From NCBI GenBank assembly GCA_009773755.1, contig WSZJ01000001.1, positions 17,158 through 81,157 of the forward strand: a stretch of DNA of 64,000 bases, in the 5' to 3' direction. This DNA is from Planctomycetota bacterium (lineage in GTDB: Bacteria; Planctomycetota; MHYJ01; WSZJ01). The notes under the pieces were generated by a model. The model saw only the letters and a list, made by a program, of their open reading frames with translations. It had not been told where the DNA came from and searched no databases. Of this stretch, positions 30,223-39,518 are shown in pieces; the stretch's first letter is position 1; every line of letters begins with the position of its first letter. Made by a program: the position numbers and the translations under genes.

Positions 30223-30676
30223 GAAGTTCGGACTGCCCCCCGGGGAGAATCCGCAGGCGAATCCTGGCCGGACCGTCCGCGGGGGCGTCCGCGGGAAGCG
30301 CGAGCCAGGCTTCGGTGGAACCGGGCAGGAAGAGTTCCGGCCGCCCGCTGACGCGCTTCACCTCTCCGGTAGCCTCGACGGTCACGGCGTCGCCGCGGAA
30401 ACCCGCCGCCTTCAGCGCGTCAAACATCGCCGAGGGCGCGATCCGCGCCCCGGGCCTCGGGAAGATCAGAGCCTTCCCACCCTGCAAGTCGATCATGATG
30501 CTCGCGACGCCGTCCAGGCGTCCCAGGGCGTCCTCGACGCCCTTCGTTCAGGGGCTTCACTCCATACCGGAAATGTCGACGGTGAATTTGAGCAGGCCTT
30601 CGGTCGGCGCGGGCCCCGCGGGCGGCGCGACGGCGCAGCCAGCCAGGGCGAGGATCAGGACGGGCGCGTATCGCAT
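30209..30676 (-). CDS. Candidate selenoprotein: lipoprotein with a heavy-metal-associated (HMA, MerP/CopZ-like) domain whose MxCxxC motif is encoded M-E-TGA-S-P-TGA (putative UxxU)
   Basis: The ATG is at 30676 with AAGGAA about 8 nt upstream. The lipoprotein signal is MRYAPVLILALAGC. My own translation reads ...LLKFTVDISGME[TGA]SP[TGA]TKGVEDALGRLDGVASIMIDLQGGKALIF...FDALKAAGFRGDAVTV. This matches the HMA beta-alpha-beta-beta-alpha-beta pattern with both metal-ligand Cys positions occupied by in-frame TGA (minus-strand codons at 30559-30557 and 30550-30548). Two perfect hairpins lie immediately downstream: GGGCGUC-GAG-GACGCCC at 30542-30526 and GACGCC-UGGAC-GGCGUC at 30522-30506. The alternative reading is a pseudogene. 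Confidence 0.5.
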
Positions 30677-30706
30677 GGTTCGTTCCTTTGTAGGAGGTTG
30701 AACGGC

Positions 30707-31582
30707 TCAGAACAGGATCTTGACCGCGACAAATGCGCTCCAGCGCGACCGGCCGTACTCGTCGTCGATCGTGTCCATCAGATCGAACGCCGCGTTTCCT
30801 TCGAACAGCAGCCACTTCGTCGCATAGAACTGCAGCCCCGGCGCAATCCAGACCTGGTCGCCGCTGTCGTCGAATTCGGCGCCGCGCGTGTGATACCTGT
30901 GCAGGTACCACGCATCGACAACCAGACGGAGTTCCAGCCCCGCCTCGCCCGGCTGAAAAACTGCCGGGAACAGCCGGAACCAGTACGCCACGTCGACCCG
31001 CAGGATCGGCCCCGGGCTGATCCCGCCGCGGGAAGTGCCCGCCCGGCCGATCGCGTCGATGGCGAAGCGATGCCGGTCCTTGATGTAGGTGAACGCGGCT
31101 CCCAGCGTGAAATCGAACGTGCCGCTTCCCAGCTGCAGCTTGCGCGCGTAAGGCTCCTTCTCGTCACCAATGCGGTCGTTCCACTTCCCTGTCGGGAATT
31201 CGATCCCCGCGATCACGGCTGTGCGCATGGAGGTCATGACGCCGTCCTCCTTGTGCACCACGACCTTGCCTTTCATGCCGACGTCGCCGAATCCGGCGAT
31301 GTTCTCCCAGTCGTCGCGGATTTCAAAACTCCGTGCGATGAACGGGACGGAGATGGAGCCCTCGAAGCGCGGGTGGAAGCCGTAGTGGAACTCCCCGACC
31401 GCGGAGAACTCGTCGACATGCCGCCACTGCGCGCCGTTGATGACGAGGCGGGCGAGCGGCGTTTCGGGCGAAACCGTGCCGGCGTTTTCCGTGACGAGCT
31501 GGGCGGAAGCGCTTCCGGCGAGTGAGCAGAGGAATGCGGCGGCAGCGAGGGCGCGCCAGAATCCCGGGAATGCGTGGTGCAT
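30707..31582 (-). CDS. Outer-membrane beta-barrel protein (MetA-pathway/phenol-degradation-like transporter family)
   Basis: An internal ATG at 31582 (MHHAFPGFWRALAAAAFLCSLAGSASAQ signal) has a GGAG RBS. The protein is about 291 aa and ends …FVAVKILF. The upstream part of the 367-aa track ORF is non-coding-like. Confidence 0.65.
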   Translation of the reverse strand: MHHAFPGFWRALAAAAFLCSLAGSASAQLVTENAGTVSPETPLARLVINGAQWRHVDEFSAVGEFHYGFHPRFEGSISVPFIARSFEIRDDWENIAGFGDVGMKGKVVVHKEDGVMTSMRTAVIAGIEFPTGKWNDRIGDEKEPYARKLQLGSGTFDFTLGAAFTYIKDRHRFAIDAIGRAGTSRGGISPGPILRVDVAYWFRLFPAVFQPGEAGLELRLVVDAWYLHRYHTRGAEFDDSGDQVWIAPGLQFYATKWLLFEGNAAFDLMDTIDDEYGRSRWSAFVAVKILF

Positions 31583-31874
31583 GAATGCGATCTCCTGGTT
31601 GCGGTGACGGGGAACGGCATCGCCACGGAGACGCAATCTAGCAGCGCAGGGGGAAGCCTTCGAGAAGTGGTGAAGGGCCGGTATCGGCGAAGGAGGCGCG
31701 GGCCTGGAGTGCGCAGAGAGCGGGAGGCGGAATAAAGAGCTCGTCGAGGCTTGCGGACGGATCGGATTCAATGTCCGGCGGGACAGGATCAGCGGGTTCC
31801 GCGGCCGCAAGGCTCGTCAGGCAGCACGGCCCGCCCATGGAAATCGCCGGACCCTCCGGCGCCGGGGTGGCCTC

Positions 31875-32066
31875 TCAGGAGCCGCAGCCGGCGGCGGGGC
31901 GCGCTTCATGAATTCCACCCCCGCAGGCCTCGGTCGTGGAGCCGGTGCAGCAGCAGGCCGACTGGTCCTGTCGCATGGTCCGGAGGCACGAGAACCGCAG
32001 ACCGCGCGCGTTCGCCGGAAGGGCGGCCGTCAGGGCTGCGAGCAGAAGGAGTGTTTGCCGGAGCAT
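31875..32066 (-). CDS. Small secreted Cys-rich peptide with a CCC motif (63 aa)
   Basis: Signal peptide MLRQTLLLLAALTAALPANA. The mature part is RGLRFSCLRTMRQDQSACCCTGSTTEACGGGIHEARPAAGCGS. It has high GC3 codon usage and is co-oriented and adjacent with the OM barrel and HMA genes. Confidence 0.35.
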   Translation of the reverse strand: MLRQTLLLLAALTAALPANARGLRFSCLRTMRQDQSACCCTGSTTEACGGGIHEARPAAGCGS

Positions 32067-32103
32067 GGTGCGAGTATCCCCCCGAACGCCGGATTTCAGC
32101 GCG

Positions 32104-33975
32104 CTATTCCCGGTTCTGGATTTCCCCGTCGAATCTCACGACCACGCGGTACTTTCCGTCCTCAAGCCGCGACTCGACGGGCTCGCCGCTCTTGTGGAAG
32201 ATCCCCATCATGCGGACGTTTCCGGCGAGAACGACGCCGGTGAAGCCGCGGATGCCGCGCTCGCGGGCAATGCGCGCAAGACGCTTGAAGAGCCAGGTGC
32301 CGACGCCGCGGCTCTGGAATTCCTCTGCGACGGTGAAGGTGAGGTCTGCGAAGCCGGTGGCGCGCTCGAGTTCGTAGCGGCCAAGCGCGACGATGCGGTC
32401 GCTCTCGCCGTCCCGGACGAAGCCCGCGATCGCCATTTCCGCGTCGTAGTCGAGCGCGCACTGGTCCTGGATCTGTTGCGGCGTCAGAGACTTGAGAGGC
32501 GCGCCGTAGCGCTGGTAGACCGTTTCCGGGGAGTGCGAATAGAAAAACGCGCGGAGGAGGCGCTCGTCGTCGGGGCGAAGCGGCCGGAAGAACACCTCAG
32601 CGTCCCCGAATTTCTCGCGCGCCTCGAGTTCGACGGGGTACGGCCGTCCCTTTTCAGGCCACGGCACCTGGTCGACCGCGACCACATGTCGCTTCTTCGC
32701 CGCTGCCAGGAGTTCGCCGCGGAAGTCCGGGTGCGCAATGCTGATCAGCGACAGCGCGCGTTCGCGGACCGTGCGCCCCTTCAATTCCGCAATTCCGTAT
32801 TCCGTGACGACGGTGTGGACATCGCCGCGCGTCGTGACGACGCCCGCTCCCTCGGCGAGCACGGAAACAATCCGCGACAGCGTGCCCTGCTTTGCCGTCG
32901 ACTCGATCGCGATGATGCTCCGCCCACCTGCCGAGCGCGCCGCGCCGCGAATGAAGTCGACCTGACCGCCGATGCCGGAGTAGAAGCGGGTGCCGATGGA
33001 GTCCGCGCAGACCTGCCCGGTGAGGTCGATCTGGAGCGCGGAGTTGATGGAGACCATGCGGTCGTTCTTGGCGATGACGAACGGGTCGTTGACGAACTCG
33101 TTGGGGAGGAACTCGAAGAACGGGTTGTCGTCGACGAAGTCGTAGAGGCGGCGCGAGCCCATGCAGAAGGACGTGACGGCCTTGCGCGGGTGGAGCGTTT
33201 TGCGGCGCCCGTTGATGACGCCGGACTCGATGAGCGGGATCACGCCGTCCGCCAGCATCTCCGTGTGCAAGCCGAGATCGATCTTGTTGCCGAGATTCGC
33301 GAGGACAGCGTTCGGGATGCCGCCAATTCCGAGCTGAAGCGTCGCGCCGTGATCGATCAGGCTCGCGCAGAACGCGCCGATCGCGAGCGACACCTTGTCC
33401 GGCGCTTCCATCGGCCGCTCGAGAATGGGCGCGGTTCCCGTGACGAAGAAGTCGATGTCCTCGACGTGCACGAAGCTCGCGCCGTGCGTCCGCGGCATCG
33501 TGGGGTTCAGTTCCGCAACGACGACGTCCGCGCTCTCCACCGCCGATTTCACCACGTCTACCGAAACTCCCAGCGAAACGAATCCGTGCCTGTCGGGAGG
33601 CGACGTGCAGACGAGCGCGACATCCAGCGGGATACGGCGCGACCGGAACAACCCCGGAATCTCCGAGAGAAACATCGGCGTGAAGTCCGCCGCCCCCTGC
33701 GCCACCGCGTCACGGACGTTCGAGCCGATGAAGAAAGCGTTCGCGCGGAAGCGCCGCGTCTGTTCCGCCTTCGCATAGGGCGCGTGGCCGACGGTCATGA
33801 TGTGCAGCACCTCGACATCCTCGACGTCGGACCGCGCCGCCAGCGCCTCGACGAGCGGCACCGGCTCCGCGCAACCCGAACCGACGAAGACGCGCGAGCC
33901 GCGCTTCACGCAGGCAACCGCTTCGGCGGAGGTGACGGTGCGGGTACGGAGGTGGTCCTGCCACGGTGCTGGCAT
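32104..33975 (-). CDS. Acetyl-CoA hydrolase/transferase family protein fused to a C-terminal GNAT N-acetyltransferase domain
   Basis: It starts at MPAPWQDHLRTRTVTSAEAVACVKRGSRVFVGSG (the CoA-transferase N-terminus) and contains GIGGIPNAV. The C-terminal 150 aa has the GNAT pattern (QSRGVGTWLFKRLARIARERGI). Confidence 0.85.
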   Translation of the reverse strand: MPAPWQDHLRTRTVTSAEAVACVKRGSRVFVGSGCAEPVPLVEALAARSDVEDVEVLHIMTVGHAPYAKAEQTRRFRANAFFIGSNVRDAVAQGAADFTPMFLSEIPGLFRSRRIPLDVALVCTSPPDRHGFVSLGVSVDVVKSAVESADVVVAELNPTMPRTHGASFVHVEDIDFFVTGTAPILERPMEAPDKVSLAIGAFCASLIDHGATLQLGIGGIPNAVLANLGNKIDLGLHTEMLADGVIPLIESGVINGRRKTLHPRKAVTSFCMGSRRLYDFVDDNPFFEFLPNEFVNDPFVIAKNDRMVSINSALQIDLTGQVCADSIGTRFYSGIGGQVDFIRGAARSAGGRSIIAIESTAKQGTLSRIVSVLAEGAGVVTTRGDVHTVVTEYGIAELKGRTVRERALSLISIAHPDFRGELLAAAKKRHVVAVDQVPWPEKGRPYPVELEAREKFGDAEVFFRPLRPDDERLLRAFFYSHSPETVYQRYGAPLKSLTPQQIQDQCALDYDAEMAIAGFVRDGESDRIVALGRYELERATGFADLTFTVAEEFQSRGVGTWLFKRLARIARERGIRGFTGVVLAGNVRMMGIFHKSGEPVESRLEDGKYRVVVRFDGEIQNRE

Positions 33976-34128
33976 GGCGCCTAGTCTAGAAGAGCGCGAG
34001 CGCTTGGAGAAGGTCACCCCGGCTGATCTTTACCGCTTCTTAAAGAACCCTTTGTCCGGCCTGAACCGGGCGCGCCTACCGTCCGGCAGATCGAGATATC
34101 AAAACGGTTCCCAATCCCAGGAGATCGC

Positions 34129-35472
34129 ATGCGTCATGCGGCCAGAATGCTGTGGCATTTCGTGCTTCTCGCCGGTATCGCGGGCGCGGAGACGGTTGAG
34201 GAAAGGGTAAAGGCGCTCGAGGACAGGATGGCGCTGAAGGACCAGCCCAGAGGAGAGGCCCCCACGGCTGCAGAGGGGAACAGGATCGGCGTCTACTTCA
34301 AGAATGGGCTGCACGCGAAGACCCAGGACGGGAACTTCGAGATCAAGATCGGCGGGCGCGTTCTGGTGCACTACCGCGAGTACTTCGCGAACCCGGAACG
34401 GATCTCGATCGACAACTTTTCGATGCGTGAAGTGAAGCTCGACCTGAAGGGAAAGCTCTGGAAGGACTTTGGGTTCCGGGTCGAGATCAACGGAGGCGGC
34501 AATTCGGGGTTCCTCCTGGACGACGGCTACCTGTCATTCGAACGGTGGACCCTGCTCAAGATCAAGGTGGGCCAGTTCAAAGCGCCGTTCTCGATCGAGC
34601 AGACCACAAGCACGCTTTTCATCGACTTGCCCGAACGCGGCCCCTCGGACCGGCTGGTCCCTGGATACGAGCTGGGCGCCACGGTCTACGGTGAGATCTT
34701 CGAAAAGATCCTCGAGTACAACCTCATGATCGCCAACGGCACGCTGAAAGCCGCCGAGAACAACAGCGACAAGGACATGTACGCGCGCCTCCAGCTCCGC
34801 CCGTTCGCGAAAACCGGGATCGACTTCATCAAAGGGCTCCACGCCGGATGCTCGGTCAACTGGGGGAAGCGCGGGATCGCCAGGGGCGTGCTCCCGTACA
34901 ACTACTCCGTGCCGTCCTCGCAGACGGTCTTCGTCGCGAGCGGCCCCCGCACCGCGCAGGTGCGGTTCGACGAAGACCGCTTCCGGTTCTGCGCTGAGCT
35001 TGCCTGGCTCGCGGGCCCGCTCGGCGTGAAGGCCGAGTACATCAAGACGCGCGACAAGTACCGCTTCCCCGGCCAGCCCGACAGCTCCGGACACAGCAAC
35101 CACGAAGCGATGTTCGTGACGGCATCGTGGTTCATCACCATGGAGGAGAAGAACTGGGACCGCCCGAACGTGAAGAAGCCGATCTTCAGCGGCAGCGGCG
35201 CCTTCGGCGCCCTCGAAGTGCTCGCGCGCTATTCCCGCTTCAATGTTCCCGGCGACCTGGCCCGCGACGAAATCATCTCAAAGCTCGCTTCCGCACAGCA
35301 CGTCGACGAGATGGCCGCGTGCATCAACTGGTACCCGAACGCCCACGTCCGCATCAGCGTGATGTACGCGTACATCGAGTACAACGGCCGCAGGAACAAC
35401 CCGCTGGTGATCGGCGGGAAGAGGATCGATCACGAAGATGTGCTGATCGTGAGGATGCAGATCGACTTTTGA
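34129..35472 (+). CDS. Phosphate-selective porin O/P family outer-membrane protein
   Basis: A signal peptide and then the OprO/P pattern (GRVLVHYREYF, DDGYLSFERWTLLKIKVGQFKAPFSIEQTTS). It ends in an aromatic residue (…RMQIDF). Confidence 0.85.
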   Translation: MRHAARMLWHFVLLAGIAGAETVEERVKALEDRMALKDQPRGEAPTAAEGNRIGVYFKNGLHAKTQDGNFEIKIGGRVLVHYREYFANPERISIDNFSMREVKLDLKGKLWKDFGFRVEINGGGNSGFLLDDGYLSFERWTLLKIKVGQFKAPFSIEQTTSTLFIDLPERGPSDRLVPGYELGATVYGEIFEKILEYNLMIANGTLKAAENNSDKDMYARLQLRPFAKTGIDFIKGLHAGCSVNWGKRGIARGVLPYNYSVPSSQTVFVASGPRTAQVRFDEDRFRFCAELAWLAGPLGVKAEYIKTRDKYRFPGQPDSSGHSNHEAMFVTASWFITMEEKNWDRPNVKKPIFSGSGAFGALEVLARYSRFNVPGDLARDEIISKLASAQHVDEMAACINWYPNAHVRISVMYAYIEYNGRRNNPLVIGGKRIDHEDVLIVRMQIDF

Positions 35473-35529
35473 GCGCCTTCCCGCCGCGCCCCTCTTTCGT
35501 TTCCGCCCGGAACTCGATACGATTTCACC

Positions 35530-35922
35530 GTGCCCGCCGAGCGTATCACCCGCCAGTGCACCATCGATGTCGGCGCAGGATTCCAGCGCCGCGTCGAAAA
35601 CGGCGACGTCTGTCTCTCCGCCGGCGGCCGCATCGTCTGGATCGCCCTCTACGAATCGAAATTCCGCGAGCCGGATCGCACCGTGAACGAGATCTATTCG
35701 CCCGGTCGGAAGCCGGAAGAGGAATGGGAGGTCCGCAGCGAGGGGCGCTACGCGCGCGGCTACCTGACGCGGGAGGTCGAAGGCGGTCACTCGCAGTGGA
35801 CCCTGACCACGCTGACCGCCACGCGCCACCGCCTCGCCCTCGTGTCGTTCACCTACGACGCCGAGGGACAACTCGACTGGGCCGTGCGCGCCTGGGACTC
35901 CCTGCGGCTTCACAGGGCGTGA
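35530..35922 (+). CDS. Hypothetical protein (130 aa)
   Basis: Only an ORF with a GTG start. It is translationally coupled (GTGA overlap) to the downstream methyltransferase. It has no recognisable motif. Confidence 0.4.
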   Translation: MPAERITRQCTIDVGAGFQRRVENGDVCLSAGGRIVWIALYESKFREPDRTVNEIYSPGRKPEEEWEVRSEGRYARGYLTREVEGGHSQWTLTTLTATRHRLALVSFTYDAEGQLDWAVRAWDSLRLHRA

Positions 35923-36626
35923 GCGTGGAAGTCGACGAGCTTTCCGTGGAGCTGCTCGATGCCGAGCGCGCGCTGCATGACGACGACCTGCGGTACTGGG
36001 GGACACGCGCGCGCGGAAAAGTGCTGGAGCTTGGAAGCGGCACGGGTCGGCTTGCGGCGCTGCTTCGGCGGCAGGCCGTCTGGTACGTCGGGCTCGAGCC
36101 GTCCGCGGCGATGCTGGACCGGGCGCGCCGCAACGCGCCGGGCGTCCCGTTCATGCGGGGAGACCTGCGGCGCTTCGCGGCGCGCGGCCTCGGCGCGGTT
36201 TTCTCGCTTTACGGCGGACTCCAGGCCCTGCTTTCCCGCGAGGATCGCGCCCGCTGCCTTGCCTGCGCCCGCGAGTCGCTCGTCGCCGACGGCTGCGTGG
36301 TTCTCGACCTCGAAAATCACTCCCCGCGCGCCGCGGCCTCCGCGCCGCGACGCCTTGCGCGCGAATTCGATCTGGGCGGGAAGCGCTTTTCCCGCTTCGA
36401 GACGATCCGGCGCGAGGGAGGCGCGGTGGAATTGAAATGGGAGTGGTATCACGCCGGGAAGCCGGTCGCGGCACTGACGCGACGCCTCGCGGCGCTCGAC
36501 CGGCGAACGCTCGAAATGGAGCTGCGCGAGGCCGGATTCGAGCTCTTTGCGATCTTCGGCGACTGGCGGGAGGGCATTTTTGCCGAGAGGGGGCCGAGGA
36601 TGGTCGTTGAGGCCGCTCGCGTGTGA
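35919..36626 (+). CDS. Class I SAM-dependent methyltransferase
   Basis: A motif I VLELGSGTGRLAALL, with the downstream acidic residue and motif II pattern. The GTG start at 35919 overlaps the preceding stop. Confidence 0.7.
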   Translation: MSVEVDELSVELLDAERALHDDDLRYWGTRARGKVLELGSGTGRLAALLRRQAVWYVGLEPSAAMLDRARRNAPGVPFMRGDLRRFAARGLGAVFSLYGGLQALLSREDRARCLACARESLVADGCVVLDLENHSPRAAASAPRRLAREFDLGGKRFSRFETIRREGGAVELKWEWYHAGKPVAALTRRLAALDRRTLEMELREAGFELFAIFGDWREGIFAERGPRMVVEAARV

Positions 36627-36680
36627 GGGAAGTTGCAGTTTTCCGGCTGCGCCCCGGAAGAACCGCGGCACAATAACCGG

Positions 36681-38063
36681 ATGCCCCGCATCCTGATCGT
36701 CGACGACGAGGAGTCCATCCGCAAGACGGTGTCGCAGACGCTGTCGAGCGAGAAGCACGAATCGGCGGGCGCTTCGAACGGGAAGGAAGCGCTGGAAAAG
36801 CTCGCGGGGGACACGTTCGACCTGGCGCTGGTGGACCTCAAGATGCCGGGGATGGACGGGAAAGAGCTTCTCACCGCGATCAAGGACCGCGGGATCGACA
36901 TCCCCGTCATCATGATGAGCGGTCACGGGACGATCGACGACGCTCTCGACGCCACCCGGCGCGGCGCCCTCGATTTCATCCAGAAGCCGTTCGACCGCGA
37001 CCGGCTGCTCCTCGCGGTGCGCAACGCGGCGACGCACGGACGGCTCGCGACTGAAAACCGGGTGCTGCGCACGCGCGTGGCTTCGCGTACGCGGATGCTG
37101 GGCGAGAGCGACGGGATGAAGGAAGTGCGCGCGATGATCGCGAAAGTTGCCGCAACCGAGGCGCGCGTTCTCATCCTCGGCGAAAACGGCTCTGGAAAAG
37201 AGCTGGTCGCGCGGCTCATTCACGAACAGTCGGCGCGCGCGGAAGGACCTTTCGTGGACGTGAATTGCGCCGCGCTCCCCGATACGCTGATCGAGAGCGA
37301 ACTCTTCGGGTACGAACCGGGCGCCTTCACCGGCGCGAACAAGTCGATGCCCGGAAAATTCGAGCAGGCGAAGGGCGGGACCCTCTTCCTGGACGAAATC
37401 GGCGACATGCCGCTTCAGGCGCAGGCAAAGGTGCTGCGCGTGCTGGAAGAGCGGCAGGTGCGGCGTCTCGGCGGGCAGAAGACGCTCGCGATCGACACGC
37501 GCGTTGTCGCGGCCACGAACCGCGACCTGTCCGTCATGATTGCGAAGGGCGAATTTCGTGAAGACCTGTACTACCGCCTGAATGTCTTCCCCGTCCGAGT
37601 GCCCCCGCTTCGCGAGCGGCGCGCCGACGTCGCGGTGCTGGCGCGCGGATTCCTCGCCGATTTCTGCGTGGCGAGCGGGCTGCCGGCGAGACGGCTGGAC
37701 GGGAGCGCGGAAGCGCGGCTGGCGGGGCACGCGTGGCCGGGGAACGTGCGGGAGCTGAAAAACGTGGTGGAGCGGATGGCGATTCTTGCCGACAAAGACC
37801 TGATCACCGACGCCGACGTCGCCAAGGCGATGGGCGGGACGCGCCACATGGCCGCGGCCGCGGCGGCAGCCGTCGCCGACACGGACCCGATGACTCCCTT
37901 CCTTGGTTGCCGCACGTACGAGGAGTTCAAGGAGATGAGCGAGCGGCTCTTCCTGGAATCCCGCCTTCGCGCGAACGACGGGAATGTGTCGAAGACGGCG
38001 GAAGCGCTCGACATGCCCAGGAGCAATTTCTACAAGAAGATCGAGAAGTACGGCCTGAAATAG
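36681..38063 (+). CDS. Sigma-54-dependent Fis-family response regulator (REC + AAA+ activator + HTH)
   Basis: It starts at [17 protein letters not shown]. Motifs include [30 protein letters not shown] and a C-terminal HTH. Confidence 0.9.
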   Translation: MPRILIVDDEESIRKTVSQTLSSEKHESAGASNGKEALEKLAGDTFDLALVDLKMPGMDGKELLTAIKDRGIDIPVIMMSGHGTIDDALDATRRGALDFIQKPFDRDRLLLAVRNAATHGRLATENRVLRTRVASRTRMLGESDGMKEVRAMIAKVAATEARVLILGENGSGKELVARLIHEQSARAEGPFVDVNCAALPDTLIESELFGYEPGAFTGANKSMPGKFEQAKGGTLFLDEIGDMPLQAQAKVLRVLEERQVRRLGGQKTLAIDTRVVAATNRDLSVMIAKGEFREDLYYRLNVFPVRVPPLRERRADVAVLARGFLADFCVASGLPARRLDGSAEARLAGHAWPGNVRELKNVVERMAILADKDLITDADVAKAMGGTRHMAAAAAAAVADTDPMTPFLGCRTYEEFKEMSERLFLESRLRANDGNVSKTAEALDMPRSNFYKKIEKYGLK

Positions 38064-38170
38064 GGGTGGGGTTGTCCGCCAGGCCGGCAATTGTCCCCGG
38101 AAGAGGACGGAGACAAGATTGATCAGATCCGCAACTCGTTAAGTCGCAACGTGTTATAGAATCGAGTCGA

Positions 38171-38185
38171 GGCACTTGTTTTGCA
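38171..38185 (+). promoter_or_regulatory. Sigma-54 -24/-12 promoter (GGCAC-N5-TTGCA)
   Basis: The sequence aGGCACttgttTTGCAt matches the TGGCAC-N5-TTGCW consensus with correct spacing. It lies about 55 nt upstream of the 38243 start and directly downstream of the sigma-54 activator gene. CGCAAC direct repeats upstream (about 38130-38150) could be a UAS. Confidence 0.6.
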
Positions 38186-38242
38186 TTCCGTTCTCTGCCG
38201 CAGGACGCGCCACACGCGAACCTGCCGGAGTTGAGGCCTGCC

Positions 38243-38665
38243 ATGAAAACCCTGATCCCGTTCCTCCTGATCGCCCTCGCCCTTCCCGCCGTCGCCGATG
38301 ACCCCGACGACCTCGACCCCGGCGCGAAGGCGGTGTTTGAATCCGTCCAATCGGCCTGGTCATCCGGAGGCCATGAAAAGATCGGGGTGCACTTCGAAAA
38401 GGACAGCAAGGTTTCGCTCAGCCTCGACGACAGCGGTTCGTATTCCAGGGACCAGGCGATCGCGCGGCTGAAGAAGTACTTTGATACCAACAAGACCAAG
38501 TCGCTCAAACTCGAGAAAGACGGCTACGAGGGGGGAAACAACCCGCGCGCCTCCTACGAATACGAATACACCGATGCCGAGGGGAACAAGCAGAAGGCAA
38601 CCCTGGTCGTGACGCTTCGCAAGAAGGGCGACCGATGGGTCGTCTCCACGATTTCCAGGCTGTAG
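38243..38665 (+). CDS. Small secreted hypothetical protein (likely the sigma-54-controlled target)
   Basis: It starts at MKTLIPFLLIALALPAVADD (signal peptide). The protein is about 140 aa with no recognised catalytic motif. Confidence 0.6.
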   Translation: MKTLIPFLLIALALPAVADDPDDLDPGAKAVFESVQSAWSSGGHEKIGVHFEKDSKVSLSLDDSGSYSRDQAIARLKKYFDTNKTKSLKLEKDGYEGGNNPRASYEYEYTDAEGNKQKATLVVTLRKKGDRWVVSTISRL

Positions 38666-38674
38666 CGCGGCCCC

Positions 38675-39493
38675 CTACTTCTTCTTCAGCTCGAACTCCA
38701 CTTCCATTTCCACCGACATCTCCATCTCCCCGCTCGACTTGATCTTCGGCCCGTCTTCGTCGCCGCCCATCCCCAGCATCGCCGCGTAAGGGTTGACGGC
38801 CTTCGCAGCCGCCGAACCTTCCCCTGTCGTGTCCTTCACGCGCACGGCGTCGCCGACGCTCAACCCCAGCCGCTTGGCAATCGCCTCAGCGCGCTCCTTC
38901 GCCTTCTTCGCCGCCTCGTCCCACGCCTTCTCGACCTGCGCCTCGTAGTCGGAAAAGCCGAAGAAGACGCCCTGGTTGGCGGAGCCGCCGCCCATGAACG
39001 GGTTGTACCGGTTTCCCGGCGCCTTCATTTCGGCGCCCGCGTCCTTCGTCTTGTCGATGAGCGCGCTGATGATCCCCGCCAGGTCCGTGTCGGACATCTT
39101 GTCGATCCCCGCGACGGTGATCTCCAGCTCCGTCGTCACTGTCATCTCCCCCGCCGCGTCGGGCTGCTGCCCCTGCAGCATCCGGATCTGCGCCATCTCG
39201 TCCGCCGCGCCTCCGAACGTCATCCCCGAATCCTTCACCTTGTAGTCGAGCCCCTGCTTGCCCTCCAGCGCCTGCTTGATCGCCTCTCCGATCTCGGCGC
39301 GCTTCTTCCCCAGTTTGTCCACCGCATCCGACGCTTTCTCGGCTTTCCCGTCGGCGCCCAGCACCAGAACCAGCTTGTCGGGACGAACTCGCACCGACCC
39401 CTTTCCGCGCACCGTGATCGTGTTGCGGCCCTCGGCGAGCGAAGTCGAAGCGGCGATGGCGAGAAGGGCGGTGATGGCGATGAAGCGGCGCAT
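38675..39493 (-). CDS. SIMPL-domain (DUF541) periplasmic protein
   Basis: A signal peptide and then the SIMPL pattern (NTITVRGKGSVRVRPDKLVLVLG...EMEVEFELKK). Confidence 0.75.
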   Translation of the reverse strand: MRRFIAITALLAIAASTSLAEGRNTITVRGKGSVRVRPDKLVLVLGADGKAEKASDAVDKLGKKRAEIGEAIKQALEGKQGLDYKVKDSGMTFGGAADEMAQIRMLQGQQPDAAGEMTVTTELEITVAGIDKMSDTDLAGIISALIDKTKDAGAEMKAPGNRYNPFMGGGSANQGVFFGFSDYEAQVEKAWDEAAKKAKERAEAIAKRLGLSVGDAVRVKDTTGEGSAAAKAVNPYAAMLGMGGDEDGPKIKSSGEMEMSVEMEVEFELKKK

Positions 39494-39518
39494 GTTCTGT
39501 GAACCTCGAAATTTGGAG

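Noticed and set aside
30496-30676. The gap between the ATG at 30676 and the track ORF start at 30496, read as intergenic with the gene starting at M30496.
   Set aside because: The upstream in-frame segment encodes a perfect lipoprotein signal and the first beta-strand plus the metal-binding loop of the HMA fold. The gene is only interrupted by the two TGAs, so the longer read-through model is preferred.
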